A stretch of 64,000 bases of DNA from Pelagomonas calceolata (GCA_918797485.1 CAKKNE010000003.1:3596001-3660000); one strand, 5' to 3'; shown: positions 1 to 10,853, counted from the first letter of the stretch. Notes: generated by a model not told the origin, from the sequence alone. Translations and numbers: made by a program.

Positions 1-664
1 CGCGCTCTCGGAGAGTGCTCCATTCCATCCTTAGGACGGGCCGCGCGGGCCGCGCGGGCCAGTGGGCGGCACGCGCGCGACGTGCGCTTCGCTGGGGCTC
101 CTACGGACGAATGCGCGTTGCCCTCGACGGCTCCTCCGAGGCGTGCGTCGATCGCGCAGATACTAGGACATACTAGCCTCGCCCTTGTGAGCGAGCAGTG
201 GTGCATAAAAGCAGCTAATAGAGGTCCTTAGCCGTGTCTGAATGCGATAAGCTGTGGCGAGTAGAGAGCTGAAGCTGGGATCGGCCGAGATTTGCAAAAA
301 GAGCGGCGCGCGGCGACCATGTGGCGAGCACAAGGCGGCCTCGCGTGCAGCTCACTTTGGCGCCGCGCGGGACGCTACGGCCCTGCGCGGAGCGAAAGGG
401 TGGCACCAGCGGCACGCCGGCGCGCCAGCACACACACGAACAACTGATGCGGGACCCACGGACGGACGGAGACGCGGCGCGGCGCCGGCGGGCGGGCCCG
501 CGCCCGTCCCTCGCCTGGCCGCCCCGCTCCGTCGCCGCGTGCCGATGCCGACGATGCGAGACGCACCGCAAGACGGGGGGAGAGAGCACAACGTCGTACA
601 GAGACCGTAACCCCTCCGTCGCCACGCAGGTAGACACACAGACGAGACAGGACCCGACATAGCC

Positions 665-1096
665 ATGTCGGCGATCCAGTCCGTCCAGGTCTTCGGCCGC
701 AAGAAGGCGGCGACGGCCGTGGCCTACTGCAAGCAGGGCCGCGGTTTAATTAAAGTGAACGGGTGCCCGATCGAGCTTTTGGAGCCGGAGATTTTGCGGC
801 TCAAGACCTTCGAGCCCGTGCTACTGCTCGGCCAGACGCGCTTCGCGAACGTCGACATCCGGATCAGAGTGAAGGGCGGCGGCTTCACGGCCCAAATTTA
901 TGCCATTCGCCAGGCGATCGCGAAGAGCCTCGTCGCGTACTACCAAAAATACGTCGACGAGGCGTCGAAGACGGAGATCCGGGACATCCTCATGCAGTAC
1001 GACCGCACGCTGCTGGTCGCGGATCCGCGCCGGTGCGAGTCGAAGAAGTTCGGCGGGCCGAGCGCGCGCGCGCGCTACCAGAAGTCGTACCGCTAG
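665..1096 (+). CDS. RPS16: 40S ribosomal protein S16 (uS9)
   Basis: [15 protein letters not shown]-terminus, [30 protein letters not shown]-terminus; intronless. Confidence 0.98.
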   Translation: MSAIQSVQVFGRKKAATAVAYCKQGRGLIKVNGCPIELLEPEILRLKTFEPVLLLGQTRFANVDIRIRVKGGGFTAQIYAIRQAIAKSLVAYYQKYVDEASKTEIRDILMQYDRTLLVADPRRCESKKFGGPSARARYQKSYR

Positions 1097-1123
1097 GCTG
1101 TGGGCGTAACTAGTGTCTCTTAA
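1081..1123 (+). repeat. RPS16 3'-end/3'UTR segment, re-occurring at 2396-2440 (diverged) and 3771-3813 (identical)
   Basis: GAAGTCGTACCGCTAGGCTGTGGGCGTAACTAGTGTCTCTTAA; one copy at the 3' side of each array A gene. Confidence 0.95.
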
Positions 1124-1125
1124 AC

Positions 1126-2292
1126 CTATCGCGGCGATGGCGTCATCGCGGCGAACGCCTCAGTGATGGAGCCCACGTCCGAGTCGCGAGCGCTCAGCGT
1201 AGCTCGCGACGCTCGCAGTTGGCGCTCAATCACTGTTGTGAGCGGGTGCGCGCCACCGAGCACGCGCCGCGCGGTCCGTGCCGTCTCTTCAAGCGTCGTC
1301 ACAGCTCCGCGGAGATCGTCGAGCGTGGAGCCGGTGTCAAAACAGATCGACGCCGCATAACCAAATCTCATCTTGAGCGTGATGTCATGATTATCTCCGA
1401 GAACGCGTCGCGCCACAGGAGTTATTCGGCGCAGCAACGTCTTGGCTTCTTCGAAGTGCTGTAGTTGGACAAGGGACGTCGCATAGTTGTTGGCCGCTAG
1501 GAGGGTTTGCAGATGCTCCTCGCCGTGTAACCTTAAACGCCCGGAGTATACGTCTCGCCGTATGCGCAGGCACTCTTCTACCCGTCCAACCGCTTCATAC
1601 GAGCTCGCAAGATTGCTCTGACCGGCGAGCATGTCATCTTCTGGTGAACCAATTCGCCGCAGCATAGACAATATGGCCTCTCTTACGGACAACGCCTCAT
1701 AATTTCCTGCTTCGTGTAAACCATTCCCAAGCTGGTCCATCGCGACTAACCGAACCTGGTCCGTCTCCGAAAGCCCCAAGTACGTCTTCCAGCACGCCCA
1801 CCCGAGCGCGCACGCCACGACGCCGTGGTACTCTTGCTCGCATAGACTACACGTGTTCCACCGCGCCCACCTCTCGTCCAATTTGTCGTCCAAATGGTTC
1901 TCCTCGGCCTCCGCGACCAAAATCTTCGCCTGCTCCGCCAGGCACGACACGTGCACGAAGCCCGCCGTCCCGCGACAGGAACAACCGCGCACGAGGCCCT
2001 CCTTCGTTTTCCAGTGCAAGGCTTGCGTGCAGATGTAGCACGTCTGCCCCTTCGTGTCCTCGGCGCACGCCTCCGCCGCGACCGCGACGGCCTTCGTATA
2101 CCGCTGGTCAGCGTTGTACTGCTCAGCGCCACCAGAGCGCTTTATTTTCTTGCAGAGCTGGTCGTGCCCGCCTTCTTTCCAGTGCTGCACCTGGCAGGCT
2201 GCCCCGCAGTAGCGCGTGCTGCAGCGGCCGCATTTCTTGCCCCTGGTTAAGCCAAGGTCGGTGGCGCAGACGGCGCAGTGCGTGAGGATCAT
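1126..2292 (-). CDS. MYND zinc finger + RING-CH (RINGv) + TPR-like repeat protein, array A copy 1
   Basis: CAVC..CGRC..YCG..CQ..HW..H..C; CYIC..CSCRGTAGFVHVSCL..W..CSLC; GEEH..TL.AANNYA and RRVLGGAHPLT repeats. Confidence 0.9.
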   Translation of the reverse strand: MILTHCAVCATDLGLTRGKKCGRCSTRYCGAACQVQHWKEGGHDQLCKKIKRSGGAEQYNADQRYTKAVAVAAEACAEDTKGQTCYICTQALHWKTKEGLVRGCSCRGTAGFVHVSCLAEQAKILVAEAEENHLDDKLDERWARWNTCSLCEQEYHGVVACALGWACWKTYLGLSETDQVRLVAMDQLGNGLHEAGNYEALSVREAILSMLRRIGSPEDDMLAGQSNLASSYEAVGRVEECLRIRRDVYSGRLRLHGEEHLQTLLAANNYATSLVQLQHFEEAKTLLRRITPVARRVLGDNHDITLKMRFGYAASICFDTGSTLDDLRGAVTTLEETARTARRVLGGAHPLTTVIERQLRASRATLSARDSDVGSITEAFAAMTPSPR

Positions 2293-2362
2293 CTCGTTAG
2301 ACGGTTGTGTCGCGGCGGCAGCGTGGGGCAGCCCTACAATGTCTAAAAGCCTCTCGCAAAGG

Positions 2363-2383
2363 CTAGTGCCTTACAGCCGCTAG
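2363..2383 (-). promoter_or_regulatory. Representative of recurrent upstream motif CTAGCG-N(0-5)-TAAGRCACTAG (gene-sense orientation)
   Basis: Also at 3694, 5075, 9057, 14148, 23450, 26465, 29557, 33858, 44043, 49310, 52111, 54715, 57671 and 60869. Confidence 0.75.
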
Positions 2384-2448
2384 CCGCCGCCAGTGGTCGT
2401 ACCGCTATAGGCTGCGTGTGGCGTAACTAGTGTCTCTTAACTTACCTG

Positions 2449-3621
2449 CTACGCGGCGCCCAGGGCCCCGAGCGCGTCCCCGAGGGCCTCGACGTCGCGG
2501 GCGGCGAGCGCGGCTCGCGCGTCTCGTAGGGATTCCTCATGTCCCGTTGTGGTCGGGTGCGAGGCGCCAAAAACGCGCCGCGCGGTCCGTTCCGTGTCCT
2601 CGAGCGTCGTCACGGCCTCGCGGACATCGTCGAGCGTGGCGGCGGTGTCCCGGCAGAGCGCCTCCGCGTATTTCCACCTCATCTTGAGCGTGATTTCGCT
2701 ACTCTCATCGAGAACGCGTCGCGCCACGGGAATCATTTTGTGCAGCAGCGACTTGGCTTCTGCGTAGCGCTTTAGATGGGTAAGGGAGATCGCATAGTTG
2801 TTGGCTGCCATAAGGGTGCCTCTATTTTCCTCGCCATTGAGCTTCAACTGTCCGGAGTATACGTCTCGCTGCATAGATGAGGCCTCTTCGAGCCGTCCGA
2901 GATTATGATACGAGACCGCAAGATTGGCCTGCACGTCGAGAATTCGTCCTGCTGATGCGCCAGCGCGCCGCCGCATAGCCAACTCGGCCTCTTGCACGGA
3001 CAACGCCTCCTCGAAGCGTCCCGCATCGCCTAAACCTATCCCAAGTAGCATCATCGCAGCACCCCGAGGCCAGTCCGTCTCCGGCCGACCAAGGTACGTC
3101 TTCCAGCACGCCCAACTGAGCGCGCAAAAAACGACGCCGTGATAGTCTTGCTCACACAAGCTACACGTGTGCCACCGGTCCCACCTCCCCTTGAGGGCCA
3201 AATTGTTCTCCTCGGCCTCGTCATTCAAAATCTTCGCCTGCTCCGCCAAGCACGAAACGTGCGCGATGCCCGTCCTGCCAGAAGCAACGCCATCACGATC
3301 TCCACACGCGCATCCGCGCACGAGGCCTTCTCCGGTGCGTGAGTGCACGGCCTCCATACAAATATAGCACGTCTGGCCCCTCGTGTCGTCGGCGCACGCC
3401 TCGACCGCGACCGCGACCGCCTCGTTACATTTTATGTCGGCGTGGTATTGCTCCGCGCCGCCGGCGCGCCTAATCCGTCGACAGAGCGCCTCGTGTCCGC
3501 CCCTCTCCCAGTGCTGCACCTGGCAGTCAGGCCCACAGTAGCGCGTGCTGCAGCGGCCGCATTTCTTCCCCAAGCTTAAGCCAAGGTCGGTGGCGCAGAC
3601 GGCGCACTGCGTGAGGATCAT
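2449..3621 (-). CDS. MYND + RING-CH + TPR-like protein, array A copy 2 (insertion in RING loop)
   Basis: Same architecture; CACGDRDGVASGRTGIAHVSC insertion. Confidence 0.9.
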   Translation of the reverse strand: MILTQCAVCATDLGLSLGKKCGRCSTRYCGPDCQVQHWERGGHEALCRRIRRAGGAEQYHADIKCNEAVAVAVEACADDTRGQTCYICMEAVHSRTGEGLVRGCACGDRDGVASGRTGIAHVSCLAEQAKILNDEAEENNLALKGRWDRWHTCSLCEQDYHGVVFCALSWACWKTYLGRPETDWPRGAAMMLLGIGLGDAGRFEEALSVQEAELAMRRRAGASAGRILDVQANLAVSYHNLGRLEEASSMQRDVYSGQLKLNGEENRGTLMAANNYAISLTHLKRYAEAKSLLHKMIPVARRVLDESSEITLKMRWKYAEALCRDTAATLDDVREAVTTLEDTERTARRVFGASHPTTTGHEESLRDARAALAARDVEALGDALGALGAA

Positions 3622-3741
3622 CTTGTATGTGGTCTAACCGCTCGGGGGCAGCCCTGCGATGCAAAATGCCTTGCCAAGCTCGATGGCTAAATGCTAGTGC
3701 CTTACAGCCGCTAGCCGCCGCAGGGTGGGTTCAATAAGTGG

Positions 3742-3760
3742 CTCTCTCTCTCTCTCTCTC
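3742..3760 (+). repeat. (CT)n microsatellite
   Basis: Run of CT dinucleotides followed by CGCAG. Confidence 0.9.
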
Positions 3761-3831
3761 CGCAGGTTGTGAAGTCGTACCGCTAGGCTGTGGGCGTAAC
3801 TAGTGTCTCTTAACCTCGCGGCGGCGGCGTG

Positions 3832-5001
3832 CTACGCGGTGCCCATCGCTCCAACCAGCTCCCGGAGGGCCTCGACGTCGCGGGCGCCGAGAGCCACTTC
3901 GAGCACCGCTCGTGATGCTCGCAATTCGCCCCCAATCCCTTCTGTGAGGGGGTGCGCGCCACCAAAAACGCGCCGCGCTGTCCGTTCTACTTCTTCGAGC
4001 GTCGTCACGGCCTCGCGGCGATTGTCGAGCGTGGCGGCGGGGTCCCGGCAGAGCGCTTGCGCGTACATCGACCGCATCTTGAGCGTGAGTTCATCGCTCT
4101 CTCTGAGAACGCGTCGCGCCACAGGAGTTATTCGGCGCAGCAACGTCTTGGCTTCTTCGAAGCGCTTTAGACCAACAAGGCGCGACGCGTAGTTGTTGGC
4201 TGCTATGAGGGTTTGCGGATGCTCCTCGCCGTGTAACCTTAAACGCCCGGAGTATACGTCTCGTTCCATGCTTAGAGCCTTTTCAAGATCTCTAACCGCT
4301 GCACACGCGATCGCAAGAGCGCTCTGTGCGGCGAGTATGTTTTCTTCTGATGCGCCATGGCGCCGCATCATAGCCAAGTCGGCCTCTCTCACGGACAACG
4401 CATCCGCCAAGTGTCCTACCTCGTGTAAACCGTTTCCAAGCAGGCTCATCGCACCACTCAGTACGGGTTCAGTCTCAGGTCGATCCAGGTACGTCTTCCA
4501 GCACGCCCACCCGAGCGCACATAACACGACGCCGTGGTACTTTTGCTCGCACAGGCCGCACGTGTCCCACCGCAGCCACCGTTCATTCGCCTTGTCGAGC
4601 AAATTATTCTCCTCGGCCTCCGCGATCAAAATCTTCGCCTGCTCCACCAGGCACGACACGTGCGCGAAGCCAGATGTGCCGCGACACGAACACCCACGCA
4701 CGAGGCCCTCCTTTGTTTTCCAGTGGAGGGCCTGCGTGCAGATGTAGCACGTCTGGCCCTTGGTGTCCTCGGCGCACGCCGTCGCCGCGACCGCGACGGC
4801 CTCCGAGTACTTGTTATTTGCGTGGTATTGCTCAGCGCCACCAGAGCGCTTTATTTTCTTACAGAGCTGGTCATGACCGCCCTCTTTCCAGTGCTGCACC
4901 TGGCATTCAGGCCCACAGTAGCGCGTGCTGCAGCGGCCGCATTTCTTGCCCAAGGATAAGCCAAGCTCGGTGGCGCAGACGGCGCACTGCGTGAGGATCA
5001 T
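3832..5001 (-). CDS. MYND + RING-CH + TPR-like protein, array A copy 3
   Basis: Same architecture; N-terminus nearly identical to copies at 54812 and 57763. Confidence 0.9.
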   Translation of the reverse strand: MILTQCAVCATELGLSLGKKCGRCSTRYCGPECQVQHWKEGGHDQLCKKIKRSGGAEQYHANNKYSEAVAVAATACAEDTKGQTCYICTQALHWKTKEGLVRGCSCRGTSGFAHVSCLVEQAKILIAEAEENNLLDKANERWLRWDTCGLCEQKYHGVVLCALGWACWKTYLDRPETEPVLSGAMSLLGNGLHEVGHLADALSVREADLAMMRRHGASEENILAAQSALAIACAAVRDLEKALSMERDVYSGRLRLHGEEHPQTLIAANNYASRLVGLKRFEEAKTLLRRITPVARRVLRESDELTLKMRSMYAQALCRDPAATLDNRREAVTTLEEVERTARRVFGGAHPLTEGIGGELRASRAVLEVALGARDVEALRELVGAMGTA

Positions 5002-5240
5002 CTCGTTAGACGAGTGTCGCGGAGGCAGCGTGGGGCAGCCCTAGAGCTAGCAAAGCCTCTCGACGCTTGAAAGGCTAGTGTCTTACAGCCGCTAGCTGCC
5101 AGCAAAAACCACTACACTTGAACACATCATCTCTTACTCATCTAGCCGCCTGTCAGTACCCTCCGTTGAAAGCCCATTTCGAATTCGAGCGACGACTCCG
5201 AGCGACTCCTCGATCTGCCTCGCGTCGGCTCTCGAGGGGC

Positions 5241-5822
5241 TCATTGGTAATCCTCGCCGAGGATCTCGCTCTGCAAAGCTCGCTGTTCATCGGCGTATTC
5301 CTGGGCCCTCGCCATCATCTTATCATAGCAGTCCTCGCAGTACTTGTTGCCGTCCACTTCGGTGTAGCAGTCGTCGCCGTCGCAACACAAGACCATGTCA
5401 CAGTCCTCGCAGGAGCTGCGGCAGTCCTCGCAAAGGTCTCGCCCTCCCTCGAGGTCGCATCCTCCCTCGCAGCTTCGCAGCACGCAGTCGTCCTCGACGC
5501 ACCTCGAGCACGCAAACACCTTGTCGCAGACATCGCAGGACCGCCACACGCCGGCCGGTGTTGCCTCCTGCGCTTCGTCGCACCACTGGCAGATGACGGC
5601 GCCGCACGCGCACTTCATCATAAACGAGGCCTCCTTGGTACACCGCGGGCTCCGCGGCGCCTCGAACCTCCCGCCCACTGCCTCGAATTCGCGCCAGCGC
5701 GTGCATCCTTTAAAGTACGAGGGGTCGGTGAGCGGCAGCGGCGGCTCCTCGTATTCGGAACCGTCCCCGCGCCTTGGCCGCTTCGCGCGCGGCGCGCCGT
5801 CGACGGCCTCGGCACTTGCCAT
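5241..5822 (-). CDS. Cysteine-rich hypothetical protein (many CxxC pairs, N-terminal KRPRR NLS-like motif)
   Basis: ATG-initiated ORF with coding-like codon use. Confidence 0.65.
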   Translation of the reverse strand: MASAEAVDGAPRAKRPRRGDGSEYEEPPLPLTDPSYFKGCTRWREFEAVGGRFEAPRSPRCTKEASFMMKCACGAVICQWCDEAQEATPAGVWRSCDVCDKVFACSRCVEDDCVLRSCEGGCDLEGGRDLCEDCRSSCEDCDMVLCCDGDDCYTEVDGNKYCEDCYDKMMARAQEYADEQRALQSEILGEDYQ

Positions 5823-6120
5823 CTATGAGAGCGCTCTCAGACAGGGTGTCACACGGTTGATCTTCGGTTCTCTAGCCGAACGTGCTCGTCAGACAGCACA
5901 AAACAGTCGTTTCTGTCAAGCGTGCAGCGCAAGATGCGTCGCGGAGCAGCCGAAGCCTCTGATCTCATCGGCTGACCCTAACCCGACGACGACGGGTTTT
6001 TAGCCCCGCACGAAACGCGCGCGCGCGGCGAAGAGTATGGCCCGCTACCTCGCAGGTTTTCGACCACCTCGACGCCGTCGACGGAGCCTAGCATCAATCC
6101 CTACTTACGCCCCACGACCC

Positions 6121-8783
6121 CTAGAGCGCCCGCGCCTCGGCGTTCAGCTCGCGCAGTCTCTTCTCGATGGTCGCCTTCTCCGCGGCGATACGCGCCAGCT
6201 TCTTCCGAGCCGACGACTGCGACTTCGGTGGAGGCGCCTTGATCGGCGGCGTCCGCACCGGCGTCCCACCGCGCGGGAAGCAGTCGTCGACGAGGCGCTG
6301 GTAGGGCATCCTTTGCGACCCATCGACGCCGTACCAAATCAGCAGTTCGCGCATGCCGCCCTCGACGATCGTCGCTTTCAAGTCCCGGAAGGCCCGCAGC
6401 AAGTCCTTCTCGTCGAGCATCCCGCTTCCACTCTTATCCAGTCGCACGCAAGTACCCAGCAACAAGTCGCGAGGCCGCACTACTTTCTTCTTACCGACGG
6501 AAGCCCGCGGCAACGCCTTCAGAATCGAGTCCCGGATCTGGCCCACTAATTGTTTAACTCGTTTCGGCGTCTCAACGACAACGGGCTTCGAGGGATCCTG
6601 CGTCGAACGACCATGCACTCACGCGACGCGTCGACGCTCGGACGATCATGAAGACGCCATCTTCCCAAAGTTCAAGTTGAGAAATCGATTTACATTTGAC
6701 GCTGAGTCACGGACGTGGAATTCGTTGGCCTTCGCCGTCGCCATGAAGTGGAGGCACCTGCGGCGGTGTCGCGTGATCGTCTCCACGAGAGACGATGCAT
6801 GGTCGGGGACGCCGCGGGACGTGCGTCTTCCCGAGCTCCTCGACTAAATCCATGTAGTGGATCTCCCCATCCCCGAAGCGCCCCTGCTCGCCCTTGCGGT
6901 CGTAGTAATTGACCAGTTGATGCGCCGTATTATCGTCGATCTGCAAACCGCAGCGCCCGATCGCGCCCACGAATTCTTTGGTGTTGAGCTCGCCACTACT
7001 ATCCTGGTCCCAGGCCTGGAACGCCTCCCGTAAAATGGACGTGACCGTGCCGCCTGCGCGGAGCATCGCGGTCGCGTCGACGGCGTCCCGAGGACCACGT
7101 AGACTCTCGTGGGACCACGTTGTCTCGTGAAGACGCCATCTTCATGAAAGCGGTCCCTCTGATGACACACCGCGGTCCGAAACAGCTCAAATTCGAAAAC
7201 GAGACCACCCACGACCTGCTCTCCCGGAGACGACGCATGGTGTGAAGGCACCGACGTGGGACGCCGCGACCGCACCCTTCCGGACCATGATGGCAAAAAG
7301 AGCGGTCTTGAGTCGTACTTTGAACTCCTCGGCCAATTGGCAAGGGACCTTCTCCAGCGGGCGATTCGTGAACATGAACTGCATCATGCGCTCGTCGTCG
7401 TGGGCCTTGCCCCGCGTCGACGGCTCGGCCCGGTCCAGCTTCCGGAGCGTCTCCAACGTCGCGGCGTCATTATATTGCTTCGTGAAGTGCGGCACGCCCG
7501 CCGTTATGTCCTTCACGAGCTGGTCGTAGCGCATCTCGCCCTTGCCCGTCGAATCGTAGAGGTCCACAATTTGCACGGCCTCGTCCTCGGACATGGCCAG
7601 ATTCAGCTGCCACATGGCGTTGCCTGCGCCGCGGCGTCGTGACGCCATCTTCCCAAAGTTCAAGTTGACGCGGAGTCCGCACGGAACTCGTCGTAGTCCA
7701 ATTTTCCAGAGGCGTCCTTGTCCCAGTTGAGGAACGCGTTCCTTACCAAATACCTGCGTGCGGAAACGCGGTCTCGAGGGTGGTCTCGGGTCCGAATTCG
7801 AGCCGAGGCGGTCCGAATGGCCTCAAACTCGAAAAAGAAACGACCCACGCCCTCGTGAGACAGACACGAGTCCCAGCAACGAAGGGAAGCCACCCCAACA
7901 CGCCAAGACGCCGAGCTCCGCGCCGCTCGTTCTCGCCCTTGCCCGCGATGTGTCTGAACAATTTTTGCCTCACTTTTTTTATAAATCTTCTGAGCACCGG
8001 CGGGAAGGGCCCGTCCGGCCTTGCCGATTTAGGTATAGGTGGTTGGGGCTGTAAAAAATGCGTCGAGGCGTTGACCACGTCCTCAATGAGTAAGTCGTAG
8101 GTCATCTCATTTTTCTGTACTGATGTATATGCGGACTCGACGCCGCCGTAATACCCGACTAAATAAGACGCGTCGGCTTGGGAGATGTCCAAGCCTAAAC
8201 TTCTAATAGCTTTCCGGAATTCCGTGGAGTCGATCGTGCCGCTACAATCCGCGTCCCAGTTCAGGAAGCATTCTCTTAAATAGGTCCCTTCCGTGCCGCC
8301 GTGCTCCCTACTCTTCTTGTCGAGGACGCGTCTTATTCTTCTCACAAAATCAGTGACTTTTTTGTCGGGCCTCGCGTTCTTCGCCTGGAGGGCGGCCTGC
8401 TTCTGGGCGAATTTCACCTGTGTGTTGTCGAGCGTGAGTGGCGCGCTCGCGTCGACGGCGTGGAGCGTGACGGCCCTCGCGAGGCGCGTGGACTCTCGCG
8501 TGATCATGATCTCACGAAGACGCCATCGGCGCGGTCCGAAGCGGCTCAAATTTGGACCAGAGACCACCCACTTCCATCGTTCCTGGCGACGACGCGCGTC
8601 GATGGCGTAAGGCTCCATATTGACGCTGGGACGGACGGCCGCGAAGTCCTCGTGCTTGCGCTGCTCCGCGAAACAGGACCACTTGACGTCGGGGAGGTTT
8701 TGTTCTTCCCGGTAGGCGGCGCGCCGCGCCTCCATGACGGCCTTGGGGTCCGCCGGGGCGGCGTTGCTGGCGGCGCGGCCCAT
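6121..8783 (-). CDS. Multi-EF-hand calcium-binding protein, 7 exons
   Basis: EF-hand loops WDADCSGTIDSTEF, WDKDASGKLDYDEF, WDQDSSGELNTKEF, LDKSGSGMLDEKDL; joined in frame by introns 8418-8567, 7754-7923 (GC), 7624-7682, 7054-7275, 6758-6824 (GC), 6598-6714. Confidence 0.8.
7054..7275 (-). mobile_element. Introner-like intron, representative of a family sharing GTCCGAA..CTCAAA.TCGAAAA..GACCACCCAC
   Basis: GT..CAG intron restoring K-G-G-T-V; internal blocks shared with introns 7754-7923, 8418-8567, 18571-18699, 22595-22703 and 31117-31258. Confidence 0.7.
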
Positions 8784-9254
8784 GGTGTGCTAGGCTGCTA
8801 GGCTTTTGGTCGATGGCGTGTTTTGTGCTGCCCGCGGTGGTCCGCGGCGCGGCGGCAGGGTCGAAGCTCTAGCGTGGACCGTTTGTGGTCCCGCCGGTCC
8901 AGCCCTTGGCCTCGCGCTCGCGTTAAATAGGGAGAGTCCAGAGAGCGCGCTGTTTGCTCCTAGTGGCGGCCCGGACGCCGCAGGCGCTGCCCGGCGGGCC
9001 TGAGGCGTCGGGAGCTTTCGTCCGTCGAGGGCTGGCGGGGCACGCGTACGGATTCGCTAGCGCACTTTGAGACACTAGCTCGACAGCGATTTTAGTGAAG
9101 CTCCTCCTTGGACGCCTTTATCGACCCCGCTGCGACAGCTCAGGCCGTCTCACAGTCCCCAGGAGTCCCTCGCTAGCCGCTCACGCCGCCAGCACCCAAA
9201 AAAAGCCGTCAGCGCGTGCGTTCAAGCCGTACAAGCAACCACAGCTAAAACACC

Positions 9255-9566
9255 ATGGCCCCCACGCGCGTCATGAAGAACTTCGAGACGACGAAGCTGG
9301 CCAAGGCCCAGCGGCCCAAGCACCGCAAGGGCCGGCCGAGCAAGCGCAACGTTGTGGTGAAGGAGGTCGTGAGCGAGGTCGCCGGGCTCCTCCCGTACGA
9401 AAAGAGACTACTCGACATGCTTTCCGGCACGGGCGACGGCGCGGACAAGCGCATGTACAAGTACGCCAAACAAAGATTGGGCACGCACAAGCGCGCCGTC
9501 GCGAAGCGGGAAGCGATCAAGGACGTCCACGCGAAGCTCAAGGCGCGCCAGGCCATGGGCAACTAA
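9255..9566 (+). CDS. RPL36: 60S ribosomal protein L36 (eL36)
   Basis: VKEVVSEVAGLLPYEKR..KRMYKYAKQRLGTHKRA..KRE motif. Confidence 0.9.
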   Translation: MAPTRVMKNFETTKLAKAQRPKHRKGRPSKRNVVVKEVVSEVAGLLPYEKRLLDMLSGTGDGADKRMYKYAKQRLGTHKRAVAKREAIKDVHAKLKARQAMGN

Positions 9567-10587
9567 ATACTAGTGTTTCAACTCTGGTGTAGATACTAGT
9601 CTTAGCCCCCGCCAGTTCGTCCATCACTCGATCAACGACCATCAATGATACGGCATCTTGGGCTTCTCGCGTCGCCGCGCCGATGTGAGGCGTGGCCGAG
9701 AACCCCTCCATGCCAAATAGGGGCGAGTCCACGCAAGGCTCCTCCGCAAAAACATCGGTAGCGTAGCTCGTTAACAACCCTTCGTTCAGACACTCTACTA
9801 TCTCACTCTCGACAGCAATCCCCCCGCGGGCCACATTAACCAGATGCCTTCCACACTCCTCCGACGGCATCAAATCGATCAAATCACGACCCACAAGGTT
9901 CCTCGTTCCCTCATTCAGGGGGCAGCTCAGGACGACGTGCGTAGACCGCGCGAAAAGTGACTGAGGCGAATCGGCGAACAGCACTCCACTTTCGTAGGCC
10001 TCGTCCGCGTCCAATGAAGGAGAGTGAGCAGCAACGTCCATGCCAAAGGCCACACACAACCAAGCTATTTCTCTCGCTATTCTCCCAAAGCCGAGGAGTC
10101 CCAATTTCTTCCCTCCCAGCTCGTGGGCCGACGACGCAGCACTACCTTTGAACGCTTTGAACGCGCCATTCGCTACGGCTTTATCAGCTTGAATTAAACC
10201 ACGCGCGCACTGGAGTAGGTGGGCCATGCACAGCTCGGACACTGCTCTGGTAGAGGCGCCAGCGCTCGTCACGACGGGAATCTTTCTTTTCGCCGCCGCG
10301 TCGAGGTCGATGTTATCTAAGCCGACGCCCGCCCTCCCGATGCATCTTAATGACGGTGCTTGCTCGATCAGAGCCGCTGTTAGGGTCGTCGCGCTCCGCA
10401 CTATGACACCGTCGGCACTCGACAAAGCTTCTTGCAACGATCGATCATTTAGTTCTTCGATCTTGGCGCCCCGTTCCGCGAGTCGTTCTAACCCGCAGGG
10501 CGCGAGGCCGTCGGTGACGAGCACTGTAGGTGTGAGAGCGCTGCAGGCTGCCGCGAGCCCCAGGAGCGCACGCGTCGCGCGCTGCAT
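9538..10587 (-). CDS. D-isomer-specific 2-hydroxyacid dehydrogenase (D-3-phosphoglycerate dehydrogenase-like)
   Basis: IGRAGVGLDNID, GLLGFGRIA, VNVARG, DVFAEEP, TPHIGAATREAQ; signal-peptide-like start; ORF end overlaps RPL36 end. Confidence 0.88.
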   Translation of the reverse strand: MQRATRALLGLAAACSALTPTVLVTDGLAPCGLERLAERGAKIEELNDRSLQEALSSADGVIVRSATTLTAALIEQAPSLRCIGRAGVGLDNIDLDAAAKRKIPVVTSAGASTRAVSELCMAHLLQCARGLIQADKAVANGAFKAFKGSAASSAHELGGKKLGLLGFGRIAREIAWLCVAFGMDVAAHSPSLDADEAYESGVLFADSPQSLFARSTHVVLSCPLNEGTRNLVGRDLIDLMPSEECGRHLVNVARGGIAVESEIVECLNEGLLTSYATDVFAEEPCVDSPLFGMEGFSATPHIGAATREAQDAVSLMVVDRVMDELAGAKTSIYTRVETLVFSCPWPGAP

Positions 10588-10853
10588 CGCTGTTCTGGGC
10601 TTCGCCCGCGCCGGTGGCGTCGACCGATTGCCTGCACTAGTTCTAAGCCTGCCAGAGCGCCTGATCTGCGAGCAGAGCGTGCAGAGCAGAGACTGCTTGC
10701 CGGAGAGCGCTGCTGCAAAAGCACCGCTGCAAGCAAAGCAAAGCAGAGGCACAGGTCGCGCAGACTGTTATTCGAGAGCTACGAGAGCCCTGTAACACTA
10801 TACAACGCTGAGCGAGCCGCCGGCGCAAACAGCACTGCCTGCAGCACAGCAGG

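Noticed and set aside
215..662. Overlapping ORFs upstream of RPS16, and the many antisense or alternate-frame ORFs across the track
   Set aside because: Arg/Ala/Pro-rich shadow ORFs expected at this GC content; no motifs.
2363..2383. CTAG motif as a Helitron 3' end
   Set aside because: No subterminal hairpin or RepHel gene, and it also precedes ordinary housekeeping genes.
1081..3813. Junction repeats read as a CRISPR array or classic target-site duplications
   Set aside because: Spacing is about 1.3 kb with whole genes between, there are no cas genes, and no copy lies beyond the last unit.
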